Below, one piece after another: positions 35,567 through 44,810 of a stretch of 64,000 bases of DNA. This DNA comes from an uncultured delta proteobacterium (lineage in GTDB: Bacteria; Desulfobacterota; Binatia; Binatales; Binataceae), in NCBI GenBank assembly GCA_963724765.1, contig CAVRVY010000001.1, positions 1,056,001 through 1,120,000 on the forward strand. The letters run 5' to 3'. The notes below the pieces were generated by a model that saw nothing but the letters and a program-made list of their open reading frames with translations, was not told the DNA's origin and did no database searches. The stretch's first letter is position 1, and each line of letters opens with the position of its first letter. A program made the position numbers and the translations under genes.

Positions 35567-36454
35567 ATGAATCAGTTTGACTTCGCACCATTGGGGTTTG
35601 GCGTTGGACTGCGCCGTCCGCATTACGCTCGCGTTCTCGAACAACATCCTTGCGACGAGGCTCCGCGGGTGGACTGGTTCGAGGTCATCTCGGAGAACTT
35701 CATGGTCGAGGGCGGGCGGCCGCTGGAAGTGCTTGAGGGCGTACGTCGGCAGTATCCGGTCGTGATGCATGGTGTGTCGATGTCCATCGGCTCGAGCGAT
35801 CCGCTCAACCGCGGCTACCTCGGCGCGCTCCGCACGCTTGCCCGCCGCATCGAGCCAGCATGGGTCTCCGACCATCTGTGCTGGACCGGCGTGGGCGGCC
35901 GCAATCTGCATGACCTGCTGCCGCTGCCCTATACCGAGGAGACCGTGCGCCATGTCGCCGGGCGTATCCGCGAGGTCCAGGATATTCTCGAGCGCACGAT
36001 TCTGATTGAGAACGTGTCGAGCTACATGGCGTTTCGCGCCTCGCGCCTGACCGAGTGGGAATTTCTGAGCGCTGTGGCCGAAGAGGCCGATTGCGCGATC
36101 CTGCTCGACATCAACAACATCTTCGTCAGCGCCTTTAACCATCGCTTCGACCCGCTGCGCTACCTCGACGCCGTTCCCGCCGGCCGCGTGGCGCAGTTCC
36201 ATCTTGCCGGTCATAGTGACCACGGCAGCTATCTGCTCGACACCCACGACCATCCGATTCGTCCCGAGGTGTGGGCGCTGTTCGAACACGCGCTGCGGCG
36301 CTTCGGCCGCGTCCCGACGCTCATCGAATGGGATGACAATATTCCCGAGTTCGAGGTACTGGCCGGCGCCGCCGGCGAGGCGCGCCAAAGATGCGAATCC
36401 GCCCTGGCCGCCGCCGGTCCCGTCCCGTCCGAGCGCAGCACGCTCATCCATTGA
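35567..36454 (+). CDS. MNIO (DUF692) RiPP maturase, BufB-like
   Basis: GVGLR, FEVISENF, HGVSMS, SDHLCW, IENVSSY, LLDINN, HLAGH, DTH, EWD. Confidence 0.93.
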   Translation: MNQFDFAPLGFGVGLRRPHYARVLEQHPCDEAPRVDWFEVISENFMVEGGRPLEVLEGVRRQYPVVMHGVSMSIGSSDPLNRGYLGALRTLARRIEPAWVSDHLCWTGVGGRNLHDLLPLPYTEETVRHVAGRIREVQDILERTILIENVSSYMAFRASRLTEWEFLSAVAEEADCAILLDINNIFVSAFNHRFDPLRYLDAVPAGRVAQFHLAGHSDHGSYLLDTHDHPIRPEVWALFEHALRRFGRVPTLIEWDDNIPEFEVLAGAAGEARQRCESALAAAGPVPSERSTLIH

Positions 36455-36469
36455 TTCTCGCGTGATTCT

Positions 36470-36650
36470 CGCGCCCGCGCGCGGCGCCTCGTACGCGAGC
36501 CGGCGCACCCATGTAGCGGGAGAGACCGGCCCAGCCGCGGCATACGAACTAGCTGCATGCCAACGGCCGGACCGGGTGGGGGACGTTATCCAGACCGGAG
36601 TCAGCCGGCGCTCCGCGATGGGTGAGGTGGTCGCCGCACCGCACTGCCCC
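36470..36650 (-). ncRNA. candidate structured non-coding RNA (unknown family)
   Basis: nested stems with G-U pairs valid only on the minus strand; ECF-type promoter at 36653-36682; no credible ORF. Confidence 0.5.
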
Positions 36651-36652
36651 TG

Positions 36653-36682
36653 ATAAACCAAGCGTGTCGCTACGAAGTTCCC
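36653..36682 (-). promoter_or_regulatory. putative ECF promoter
   Basis: GGGAACTT-N15-GGTTTAT, same geometry as 34751-34780. Confidence 0.55.
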
Positions 36683-36761
36683 GTTACGAAATTACCGCGG
36701 CGCCGGTTTCCGTGGCGCTGGATAATTAACCGCGCGTGGGCAATGCTAATCTTCTAAGGAC

Positions 36762-37862
36762 GTGAGCGCCGCCGCCAACATACGGATCGAGGCTATCAAC
36801 AGCCCCCAGGCGTTCGAGGAATTCGCGCGCTTGCCATACCAGGTCTACGCCGATCGCGAGGCCTGGTGGCCGCCCGACATCCGCAACGAGGTCGACCTGC
36901 TCTCCGGCCGCACGCTCACCGCGCCTTACCTCGACCTGCAGCCATTTTGCGCCTGGAGCAACGGCCGGCTGGTGGCGCGGGTAAGCGCCGTGATCAACCG
37001 CCGTTACATCAGCCACTGGGGCCAGCGCCTGGGCCAATTGATTCATTTCGAGGCCGCCGCCGACGAGGACGACGCGGCCGGCGCGATGCTGACGCGCGCG
37101 ATGGAATGGCTGGCGCGCGGCAAGATGGAGTCAGTGCGCAGCGGGTTCGCCGCTTTTCTCGATTATCCCTACGCGATCGACAATTACGGCGTCCTGCCGT
37201 CGTTTCTGCTGCGCGGCAATCCCGAGTACTACCATCGCTACCTCAAGGACGCCGGCTTCGAGACCGAAAAAGGGCAGATTGATTACACCGCCGCGCTGAA
37301 CTCCGAGATGCTGGCGCGCTATGCGCGGATGGTCGAGACGGCGCGCTCGGCTGGAGTCGCCGTGATGAGCTGGCGCGAATACGGATTCCTGGCCGCGGTC
37401 GACGCCTGGACCGAAGTCACCAACGCGGCCTTCGCCCGGCATTGGGGATGGAACCCGATAACCCGTGACGAAGTTCGTCCTATGATGACTCCGCTGCACG
37501 GCACTGCGGTCGGCGATCTTTCGATGGTCGCGGTGGCCAACCGCGAGGTTATCGGCGTGGTCTTTTCGGTACCCGATTTAAGCCCGGCGCTCGCGCAGGT
37601 CCGCGCGGGCGTCAAGCTGAACCCAAAGCGCGGCGGCGGCACGCGCGGAGCGCTGATCAATATCGGCGTGCTCGAGCGCGCACGGGGCAAGGGCGTCGCG
37701 CTGGCGATGGCGGCGCGCTCGTTCACGACCATGGCGCATAGCGGGATGCGCTATGCCGGCTACACGCTGGTGCTGGACGACAACTGGCCCTCGCGCCGCA
37801 CCGCGATGGCGTTGGGGGCGAGGGCCACGGGAAATTTCGTCACCTACCGGCGCGATCTGTGA
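36762..37862 (+). CDS. tandem-GNAT family protein
   Basis: F..LPY.VY..W.PP start, NPEYY, IGVL..ARGKGVA acetyl-CoA motif, VLDDN. Confidence 0.8.
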   Translation: MSAAANIRIEAINSPQAFEEFARLPYQVYADREAWWPPDIRNEVDLLSGRTLTAPYLDLQPFCAWSNGRLVARVSAVINRRYISHWGQRLGQLIHFEAAADEDDAAGAMLTRAMEWLARGKMESVRSGFAAFLDYPYAIDNYGVLPSFLLRGNPEYYHRYLKDAGFETEKGQIDYTAALNSEMLARYARMVETARSAGVAVMSWREYGFLAAVDAWTEVTNAAFARHWGWNPITRDEVRPMMTPLHGTAVGDLSMVAVANREVIGVVFSVPDLSPALAQVRAGVKLNPKRGGGTRGALINIGVLERARGKGVALAMAARSFTTMAHSGMRYAGYTLVLDDNWPSRRTAMALGARATGNFVTYRRDL

Positions 37863-37907
37863 ACGGCGACTTGCGCAAATGGCGCGATCTATAAACGGCA
37901 ATTGACG

Positions 37908-38393
37908 ATGTTGAGTCTGCGCCTGTTCGTGCTGTTCATCCATGTGACGGCGGTTATCGTGGCGCTCGGCGGTTCGCTGTTCAGCACTTTCGCGCTTGCC
38001 CCGGTGCTGGCCGAGGAACTCGACGGCGCGGCGCGCACCAGGGTCGCGCGCCGGGTTGTACGGCGGCTCGGCGTGATCGTGCTGAGCGCGCTGGTAATCC
38101 TGGTCGTCACCGGAATTCTCAACATGATTTTCATCGGCGCGGCCGGTCCGCTGCTCGATTTAAAGCTCGGCCTGGTCGCCATCGTAATTGTCCTCGCGAT
38201 CTACCAGTACGGCACGCTCGGGATGCGGATATGGCGAGTTTCAGCCAAGGGCCCGGACCCGCTGCTCGCGCCCTTGCAGGCGCGCTTTCGCAGCGTCGGG
38301 CTGAAGGTCGGGATGCTGGTGCTGGTGATCGTTTATCTTTCGCTGGGCCTCACGCGCGCGGCGTCGGGGTCGCTGACGCTCGCGATACGCTGA
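37908..38393 (+). CDS. CopD-like/DUF4149-like membrane protein
   Basis: four TM helices, HV.A...LGG, TGI, KL.LV pattern. Confidence 0.6.
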   Translation: MLSLRLFVLFIHVTAVIVALGGSLFSTFALAPVLAEELDGAARTRVARRVVRRLGVIVLSALVILVVTGILNMIFIGAAGPLLDLKLGLVAIVIVLAIYQYGTLGMRIWRVSAKGPDPLLAPLQARFRSVGLKVGMLVLVIVYLSLGLTRAASGSLTLAIR

Positions 38394-38435
38394 TACGGCC
38401 GGCGCGACGCCAGCCCCAGGGAATTGGACACCTGA

Positions 38436-38477
38436 CATGCAACATCTGGCATGAAACATCTGGCATGAAACATCTGG
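38436..38477 (+). repeat. 14-bp tandem repeat x3 spanning a start codon
   Basis: CATGCAACATCTGG CATGAAACATCTGG CATGAAACATCTGG. Confidence 0.9.
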
Positions 38478-39040
38478 TCGGACGGCTGCTTCAGGCCTGC
38501 CTCATCCTCGGTCTGCTCGCGCTGTTCAGTTACGCCAGCGGGCTGCACAACGCGGTGCGCATGAAAGCGCCGGCCGCCGGAGCGTGGTGGAACGCGCACG
38601 AGTTCTATTTCATGGAAGGCGCGGCGACCGCGTTCGGATTGCTCGTCGCGCTGCGCGTCGGATTGCGCTTTGCGGCGGAAGCGGAGCGGTCCCGTTATTT
38701 GACCATAGTCACGCTGGCGCTCGAGGTTGCGCTGCTGATGCCGCTGACTTCTCTGTGCGCGCGAGTCGCGCGTATCGGCGCCGACGGCGGCGCGATAGTG
38801 GCGCCTAACCGGATCGCCGCGTATGCCGGTTTCGAGACCGCAAAGATGCTTGATAAGCTGGTGATCGCGGCGCTGTACTTTCTCAAGACCGTGGCCTTCG
38901 GCTTCCTGGTCGGGCTGGCGCTGTTTGGAGCCGTGCTGGTCGGCGCGATCGTGAGCGCGCGAAGCGGCGACGGGTCAATTGAAACTCTCGATAACCACGA
39001 CACTGGCGTCGCGCGCGCCTCGACGGCCAACCAGCCATGA
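38465..39040 (+). CDS. hypothetical multi-pass membrane protein
   Basis: about four hydrophobic segments, host-like codon usage. Confidence 0.65.
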   Translation: MKHLVGRLLQACLILGLLALFSYASGLHNAVRMKAPAAGAWWNAHEFYFMEGAATAFGLLVALRVGLRFAAEAERSRYLTIVTLALEVALLMPLTSLCARVARIGADGGAIVAPNRIAAYAGFETAKMLDKLVIAALYFLKTVAFGFLVGLALFGAVLVGAIVSARSGDGSIETLDNHDTGVARASTANQP

Positions 39041-39069
39041 AGCGGTCGCGAGATATATGAAGCGCAAAG

Positions 39070-39765
39070 ATGAAGTCCGATAAATCCGACAAGCCCGGCA
39101 AGCCCGCGCGCCAGCCGGCTGCCACGACGCTCACTCGCCGCGCCTTTATCAAAGGCGCGGGCGCGGCCGCCGCGGCGGTCGCGAGTCTCGGCGCCGCCGT
39201 CGCGCCCGCCGACGCCGCCGGCCAGGCCGATGCCGCCAACTCCGACGGCGTAGTTGAACGTCTCGGTCCCGGCGCGCAAACCTACGAGCTCAACATCAAC
39301 GCAAAAACGGTGCAGGTGACGGCCGAACCGCGCGTGACGTTGCTGGGCGTGCTGCGCGATCAGCTCGGGCTCACGGGCGCCAAGCTGGTATGCGACCGCG
39401 GCGCGTGCGGCGCCTGCACGGTGCATCTCGACGGGCGACCCGTCACCTCCTGCATGGTGCTCGCCGCGCTCGCGCGAGGCCATCAGATTACGACTATCGA
39501 GGGTCTCGGCACCGCCGACCGGATGCATCCCGTGCAGAGCGCCTTCGTCGCGAACGACGCGCTCCAGTGCGGATTCTGCACGCCCGGGATGGTGATGTCG
39601 GTTGCGGCGGAGCTCAACCGCAATCCCGCCGCCAGCCTCGACGACATCAAACATGCGGTCGCCGGCAACATCTGCCGCTGCGGTACCTATCCGCACGTTT
39701 TCAAGGCGGCGCTCCAGGCTGCCGGGTTCAACGCGCCGGGCAAACCTTCGAAGGGAGAGGCCTGA
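39070..39765 (+). CDS. [2Fe-2S] subunit of a xanthine dehydrogenase/PaoABC-like oxidoreductase with Tat signal
   Basis: TRRAFIK, CDRGACGAC, QCGFC, CRC. Confidence 0.92.
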   Translation: MKSDKSDKPGKPARQPAATTLTRRAFIKGAGAAAAAVASLGAAVAPADAAGQADAANSDGVVERLGPGAQTYELNINAKTVQVTAEPRVTLLGVLRDQLGLTGAKLVCDRGACGACTVHLDGRPVTSCMVLAALARGHQITTIEGLGTADRMHPVQSAFVANDALQCGFCTPGMVMSVAAELNRNPAASLDDIKHAVAGNICRCGTYPHVFKAALQAAGFNAPGKPSKGEA

Positions 39766-41978
39766 TGGCCCGGCAGGTGACGCTCAAGCTCGGCTTTGCC
39801 GGCGACGTTCGCGACGTGACCGTCGTGCTTCCCGACGGCGAGCCGATTCCCTGGCAATGGGGCGAGCAGTTCAGCGTATTGCGCAAGGAGACTCCGCGCG
39901 TCGACGGCCCGCTCAAGGCGACCGGGGGCGCGCGCTACAGCTACGACATCCAGATGCCCGGGATGCTCTACGGCGCGATCCTGCGGAGCCCCTATGCGCA
40001 CGCGACGGTAGGTAACGTCGATTTGTCCGAAGCCCGGCGGCAAAGCGGCGTGATCGCGGCGCTGCGGGTCGAAGATAGCGAGGTCCGCTTCGCTGGCCAG
40101 CAGGTCGCCGCCGTCGCCGCGGTCAGCCCCGAGCTTGCGACCCAGGCGCTCGGCCACATCAAGGTCGAATACACGCCGCTGCCGTTCGTGGTCGATATGG
40201 ACAAGGCGATGGCCGCCGGAGCGGCAAAGGTTTTCGGCAGCCGCCCGAACCTTGGCGAGCCTCGCGTCACAAGCCTCGGCGACGTGGCGCGTGGCTTTCG
40301 CGCAGCCGCCGCCGTTCACGAGGCGCTCTACACCACGCCGGTTCAGACGCACGTCTCGCTCGAGACTCACGGCGCGGTCGCGAGCTGGAACGACGACGAG
40401 CTTACGGTCTGGTGCTCGAGCCAGGGCGTTTTCACCGTGCGCGACGACCTTGCGGTGCTCTTCGAGTTGCCGCCCGACAAGGTGCGCGTGATAACCGAGT
40501 ACCTGGGCGGCGGTTTCGGCTCGAAATTCGGCGCCGGCGCCGAGGTCGTGATCGCCGCGCGGCTGGCGCGCCTCGCCAGCGCGCCGGTGAAGCTCATGCT
40601 GCCGCGCGAGGCCGAGCATGTCGCCACCGGTAATCGGCCGAGCTCCTCGCAACGGGTCAAGCTCGGAGCCGGCGCCGACGGCAAGCTGACAGCAATCGAG
40701 CTGACTTCCCATGGCAGTGGCGGAATCGGCGGCGGTGCGGGAGTCTCGGGGCCGTATCGTTCGATCTATCCCTGCGCCAACCTCCATATCGAAGAGCGCG
40801 ACGTCTATATCAACGCCGGACCGTCGTCACCGATGCGCGCGCCGGGATGGGTGCAGGGTCTGTTCACACTGGAGCTCGCGATGGACGAGCTGGCGCGCAA
40901 GCTGAAGCTCGACCGGCTGGAGTTTCGCCGGCGCAACGATGACAACCCGGTGCGCGCCGCCGAGTTCGAGCTGGGCGCGCAACGCTTCGGATGGGTGGAA
41001 AAGAGCTCGGCGGCCAAATCGTCGACCGGGCTACCGGGATATCTAAGGCGCGGAGTCGCGGTCGCTTCGTGTGCCTGGCATAGCCTTGGCCGCTCCGGCC
41101 CGGAGGCTATCGCCGTGGCGCGGCGCGACGGCCGTTTCGAGGTGCGCGTCGGTACCCAGGACATCGGCACCGGGACCCGCACGGTGCTGGCGATGGTGGC
41201 GGCGGAGGAACTCGGGATGCCGCTAAGCGCGGTGAGCGCGCAGATCGGCGACACGCGCTTTCCCTTCTCGGTGCCGTCGGGCGGCAGCAGCACCAGCCCC
41301 TCGGACTCGCCCGCCATCCGCCAGGCCGCCGCGCATCTCAAGCAGAAGCTCTTTCGAATCGCGGCCCCGATGCTCGGCGTGGAGCCGGGCGACCTCGAGG
41401 CGCGCGACGCCACGATTCGCGTCCGCTTCGAGCCCGCGCGCGCGGTCGCGATGGCCGAGGTCTGCCGGCGTATCCCCGGCGATTCAATTTCGGCCGAAGG
41501 CGAGCGCGTGCCGAACTATCAGGGCTTTCGCTACGACCAGGCCGGATGCCAGTTCGCCGAGGTCGAGGTCGATATCGAGACCGGCGTGGTGCGCGTGCTC
41601 AAGGTAGTCGCGGTGCATGACTCGGGGCTGATTATCGATCCACTCACCGCGCGCAGCCAGGTCAACGGCGGCGTGATCATGGGCGTCGGGTTCGCGCTCT
41701 TCGAGGACCGTCGCCTCGATCCGCAGACCGGACTGATGGTCAATCCGACGATGGACGACTACAAGCTGCCCGGGTCGCTCGACACCCCCGATATCGACGT
41801 GACCTTCGTCGAGGTCGCCAACGGCGTCACCAATACCGGCGTTATCGGATTGGGCGAGGCCGCGCATGTCTGCTCGACGGCGGTGGTCGCATGTGCGGTG
41901 TACGACGCGATTGGCGTGCCGATACGCGATCTCCCGATCACGCCCGACCGCGTGCTGGCGGCGCTGGGCAAGGTTTGA
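39765..41978 (+). CDS. molybdopterin-binding subunit, xanthine dehydrogenase family
   Basis: LGGGFGSK, MRAPG, QDIGTG, SQVNGG, GLGE. Confidence 0.92.
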   Translation: MARQVTLKLGFAGDVRDVTVVLPDGEPIPWQWGEQFSVLRKETPRVDGPLKATGGARYSYDIQMPGMLYGAILRSPYAHATVGNVDLSEARRQSGVIAALRVEDSEVRFAGQQVAAVAAVSPELATQALGHIKVEYTPLPFVVDMDKAMAAGAAKVFGSRPNLGEPRVTSLGDVARGFRAAAAVHEALYTTPVQTHVSLETHGAVASWNDDELTVWCSSQGVFTVRDDLAVLFELPPDKVRVITEYLGGGFGSKFGAGAEVVIAARLARLASAPVKLMLPREAEHVATGNRPSSSQRVKLGAGADGKLTAIELTSHGSGGIGGGAGVSGPYRSIYPCANLHIEERDVYINAGPSSPMRAPGWVQGLFTLELAMDELARKLKLDRLEFRRRNDDNPVRAAEFELGAQRFGWVEKSSAAKSSTGLPGYLRRGVAVASCAWHSLGRSGPEAIAVARRDGRFEVRVGTQDIGTGTRTVLAMVAAEELGMPLSAVSAQIGDTRFPFSVPSGGSSTSPSDSPAIRQAAAHLKQKLFRIAAPMLGVEPGDLEARDATIRVRFEPARAVAMAEVCRRIPGDSISAEGERVPNYQGFRYDQAGCQFAEVEVDIETGVVRVLKVVAVHDSGLIIDPLTARSQVNGGVIMGVGFALFEDRRLDPQTGLMVNPTMDDYKLPGSLDTPDIDVTFVEVANGVTNTGVIGLGEAAHVCSTAVVACAVYDAIGVPIRDLPITPDRVLAALGKV

Positions 41979-42038
41979 GGAACAATCTGAGGGCAAAGTT
42001 TTGAGGACTGGATAAGCTTCAACGCTGAATAAAGTTCG

Positions 42039-43031
42039 ATGAACCGCTTTGAGATCGTGACGCCCGCTGATTTGCCCGCAGCCGTGCGGCTGCTCGCGCA
42101 GCCCGGACATATGGCGCTGGCCGGCGGCGTCGACACGCTCGACCTGCTCAAGCAGCAACTGGCCGCGCCGCGCACGCTGGTCGATCTGAACGGGCTCAAG
42201 GAGCTGCAGGGGATCGACACGGCGCCCGACGGCGGATTGCGCGTGGGCGCGCTGGCGCGCCTGAGCGACGTGGCGGCGCATCCGCTCGTGCGCTCGCGTT
42301 TCGCGGCGGTGGCCGCGGCGGCCGGCGAAGCGGCGACCCCACAGATTCGCAACCTCGGGACCGTCGGCGGCAACCTGCTCCAGCGGCCGCGATGCTGGTA
42401 CTTTCGCAACCCCGACATCATGTGCCTCAAGAAGGGCGGCCATATCTGCTACGCGATAAACGGGCTCAATCGCTATCACGCGATCCTTGGCGGCGGTCCG
42501 TCGTTCATCGTGCATCCGTCCAACCTTGCCCCGGCCCTGATCGCCTTCGGCGCAAGTGTCCGGCTTGCCGGTCCCGCCGGCGAACGCAAGGTCGTGCTTG
42601 ACCAGTTCTTCGCGCTGCCGAGCGTCGACGCGAGACGCGAGAACGTCCTGCAGCCCGGCGAGATAGTGGTCGAGGTGATCGTGCCGCCGCCCGCGGCGTC
42701 GACGCACAGCGCCTACCTCGAAGTGCGCGAGAAGCAGAGCTTCGATTGGCCGCTGGTGAGCGCCGCGGTGGTGCTTGAAATCGATCCGGACGCGAAGAAA
42801 ATCCACCAGGCGAGCGTGGTGCTCGGCGCGGTGGCGCCGATACCGTGGCGCTCGCGCGAGGCCGAGCAGGCGCTCGCAGGCGCCACGCTCGATCGTGCAC
42901 GCGCGGTTAGTGCGGCAGAGGCGGCGCTCAAGGACGCTCGGCCGCTGCCGCATAACGCCTACAAGGTCGCAATCGCCCGCGCTGTGGTGCGGCGCACGGT
43001 GCTCCGCGCGGGTCAGGTTGAGGATGCCTGA
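42039..43031 (+). CDS. FAD-binding subunit (PaoB/YagS-like)
   Basis: AGGVD, QIRNLGTVGGNLLQRPRCWYFR. Confidence 0.92.
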   Translation: MNRFEIVTPADLPAAVRLLAQPGHMALAGGVDTLDLLKQQLAAPRTLVDLNGLKELQGIDTAPDGGLRVGALARLSDVAAHPLVRSRFAAVAAAAGEAATPQIRNLGTVGGNLLQRPRCWYFRNPDIMCLKKGGHICYAINGLNRYHAILGGGPSFIVHPSNLAPALIAFGASVRLAGPAGERKVVLDQFFALPSVDARRENVLQPGEIVVEVIVPPPAASTHSAYLEVREKQSFDWPLVSAAVVLEIDPDAKKIHQASVVLGAVAPIPWRSREAEQALAGATLDRARAVSAAEAALKDARPLPHNAYKVAIARAVVRRTVLRAGQVEDA

Positions 43032-43042
43032 TTCTGGTAAGT

Positions 43043-43261
43043 ATGCCTGACATGCCGGACGCAACGCGAAACTTCTGCCTCTACCTGCGCACCAAGAACG
43101 GGTACTTTCGCTCACCCGAGGCCCGTAGGATGATCGACCCGGACAGTTCGACCGCCTGCTACAGGTGCCTGCTGACCCAAAGTCCGGTCGGTCCTGACGG
43201 TCTGCCGTGCGACGCCCGCGAGTGCACGGAGAGTCGGGGCTGCTTTAAGGAGGAGAATTGA
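43043..43261 (+). CDS. small Cys-rich hypothetical protein
   Basis: 72 aa, 6 Cys, 11 nt after the FAD subunit stop. Confidence 0.7.
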   Translation: MPDMPDATRNFCLYLRTKNGYFRSPEARRMIDPDSSTACYRCLLTQSPVGPDGLPCDARECTESRGCFKEEN

Positions 43262-43398
43262 CGGCGATGGGCTGCGCGCGCGGCGTCGGCGCGCTCTATC
43301 GCCTCGGCCGGCGCGCGGTTTCGGTCGCACTTATCGTTATCTTCGCCGCATATTGCACGTCTGAGTCCCATTTCCGTGAGTTTGTTTCGAGTTACAGC

Positions 43399-43474
43399 TT
43401 GAAGGGCGGGATTGGCGGGTGTTAGTGTAGCGCCTTGCTCCTTGCTCCCTCTGGGGGCTGGAATCCACAAGGAG
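43399..43474 (+). promoter_or_regulatory. rpsF promoter and S6:S18-type leader hairpin
   Basis: TTGAAG-N18-TAGTGT with extended TG; CTCCTTG (43438) can pair with SD-containing CAAGGAG (43468). Confidence 0.6.
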
Positions 43475-43482
43475 GCTGCCGC

Positions 43483-44040
43483 GTGCGGCGCTACGAAACT
43501 ATTTTCATCCTTCGCTCCGATCTGGGCGAAGCCCAGGTCAAGGACAACATCAAGCGTTTCGAGGGTTTGGTCGCCACCGGCGGCGGCGAGCTGCTCGAAA
43601 CTGACGAATGGGGCTTTCGCGAACTGGCCTACCGGATTCACAACGAACGCCGGGGCTATTACGTCCGCCTTGACTATGCCGCCACCGGCCCCGTGATGAA
43701 CGAGGTCGAACGCAATCTTAAACTGTCCGATAGCGTGCTGCGCTACCTCTCGGTGTTGCTCGATCCCGAGGTCGATACCGCCAAAGTGCGCGCGGAAATC
43801 GAGGCTCGGCTCCATCGCGCGGCAGAAGCAAAGGCCGCGGCCGAGGCCCGTATGGCTGCAGCCGCTGCCGCCGCCGAGCATCCCGCCGGCGAGGCGCATC
43901 CGGCCGCTCCAGTTGCCGATCTTACGCCCGAGGAGGCGGCGGGCGAGGCTGAAGTAGCGCAGAGGGCCGTGTCCGAACAGCCGGAGGGAATCGCCCCTGA
44001 CGCGGAGGCGAGTCCCACGAGTGAGCCGAAACAGGATTGA
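43483..44040 (+). CDS. rpsF: 30S ribosomal protein S6 with long Ala/Glu tail
   Basis: RRYETIFIL, WGFRELAYRI, VLRYL. Confidence 0.95.
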   Translation: MRRYETIFILRSDLGEAQVKDNIKRFEGLVATGGGELLETDEWGFRELAYRIHNERRGYYVRLDYAATGPVMNEVERNLKLSDSVLRYLSVLLDPEVDTAKVRAEIEARLHRAAEAKAAAEARMAAAAAAAEHPAGEAHPAAPVADLTPEEAAGEAEVAQRAVSEQPEGIAPDAEASPTSEPKQD

Positions 44041-44327
44041 ACTGGTCGGCAAAGTGGCTTCCACGCCCGAGGTGCGGACCACGCCGACCGGGAAACCGGT
44101 GTTAAGGATCGAGGTCGACTGCGGCGAAGGCCGCGAGCACCTGCGGCTGGGAATCCTTATGGCAGGGGAGGGCGCCCGCGAGCTTGGCGCGCGTATTTCC
44201 GCCGGAACGACGGTCAGGTAACGGGAGCTTTGCGTGCGGTACCCGGGCGCGTGGGATCTGCGGCTGCGGGCGGGGTCGAAGTGCTGCAACCGAGGTAAGC
44301 GAAGTCGTCGCGGACGCGGTTTCATAG
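44021..44327 (+). pseudogene. priB: PriB/SSB-like OB-fold gene with two apparent 1-nt deletions
   Basis: NRIELVG..PEVRTTPTG; stop at 44221; continuation VTGAL..VEVL and ATEVSEV in shifted frames; position between rpsF and rpsR. Confidence 0.7.
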
Positions 44328-44414
44328 AGTCGATGATTTTATCGCATAAGAGTTAATCAGGCGCTTTAAAGCCTGGCTTGGATACGATTCGACGCAGGAT
44401 TTGACAGGACAAAA

Positions 44415-44777
44415 ATGGCCGACGAAGAAAGAATGGAACAAGGCCCCGGACATGGTGGCCATGAGCACGGCCGCGGGCCGCGACCTGGGGGTCCGCGCTC
44501 GGACTCCGATCGCCCGGGCGAGGGACGCGGGGGCGAGCGAGGCGGGATGCGCCGGCGGCCCGGCGGAAGCCGGCGCAAAGTATGCCGTTTCTGCGCCGAC
44601 AAGGCGCTAAAGGTCGATTACAAAGACGTGCGCACTTTACAGAATTTCATCACTGAAGGCGGCAAGATCGTGCCCAGCCGCACTTCAGGCAACTGCGCGC
44701 GCCATCAGCGCCAGCTCGCGGTCGCGATAAAGCGCGCGCGGGTGATAGCGCTGTTGCCCTTTTCTACTCTGGGATGA
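44415..44777 (+). CDS. rpsR: 30S ribosomal protein S18 (Zn-binding form, RG-rich N-terminal extension)
   Basis: CRFC, DYKD, CARHQR..AIKRAR..LLPF. Confidence 0.96.
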   Translation: MADEERMEQGPGHGGHEHGRGPRPGGPRSDSDRPGEGRGGERGGMRRRPGGSRRKVCRFCADKALKVDYKDVRTLQNFITEGGKIVPSRTSGNCARHQRQLAVAIKRARVIALLPFSTLG

Positions 44778-44810
44778 CGAGGGCGTGACAATCAGGATGA
44801 CGAGCGAGCG

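Noticed and set aside
36515-36580. Glycine riboswitch (GCGGGAGAGACC on the plus strand)
   Set aside because: No GCCGAAG or CTCTCAGG elements, and stem wobble pairs favour the minus strand.
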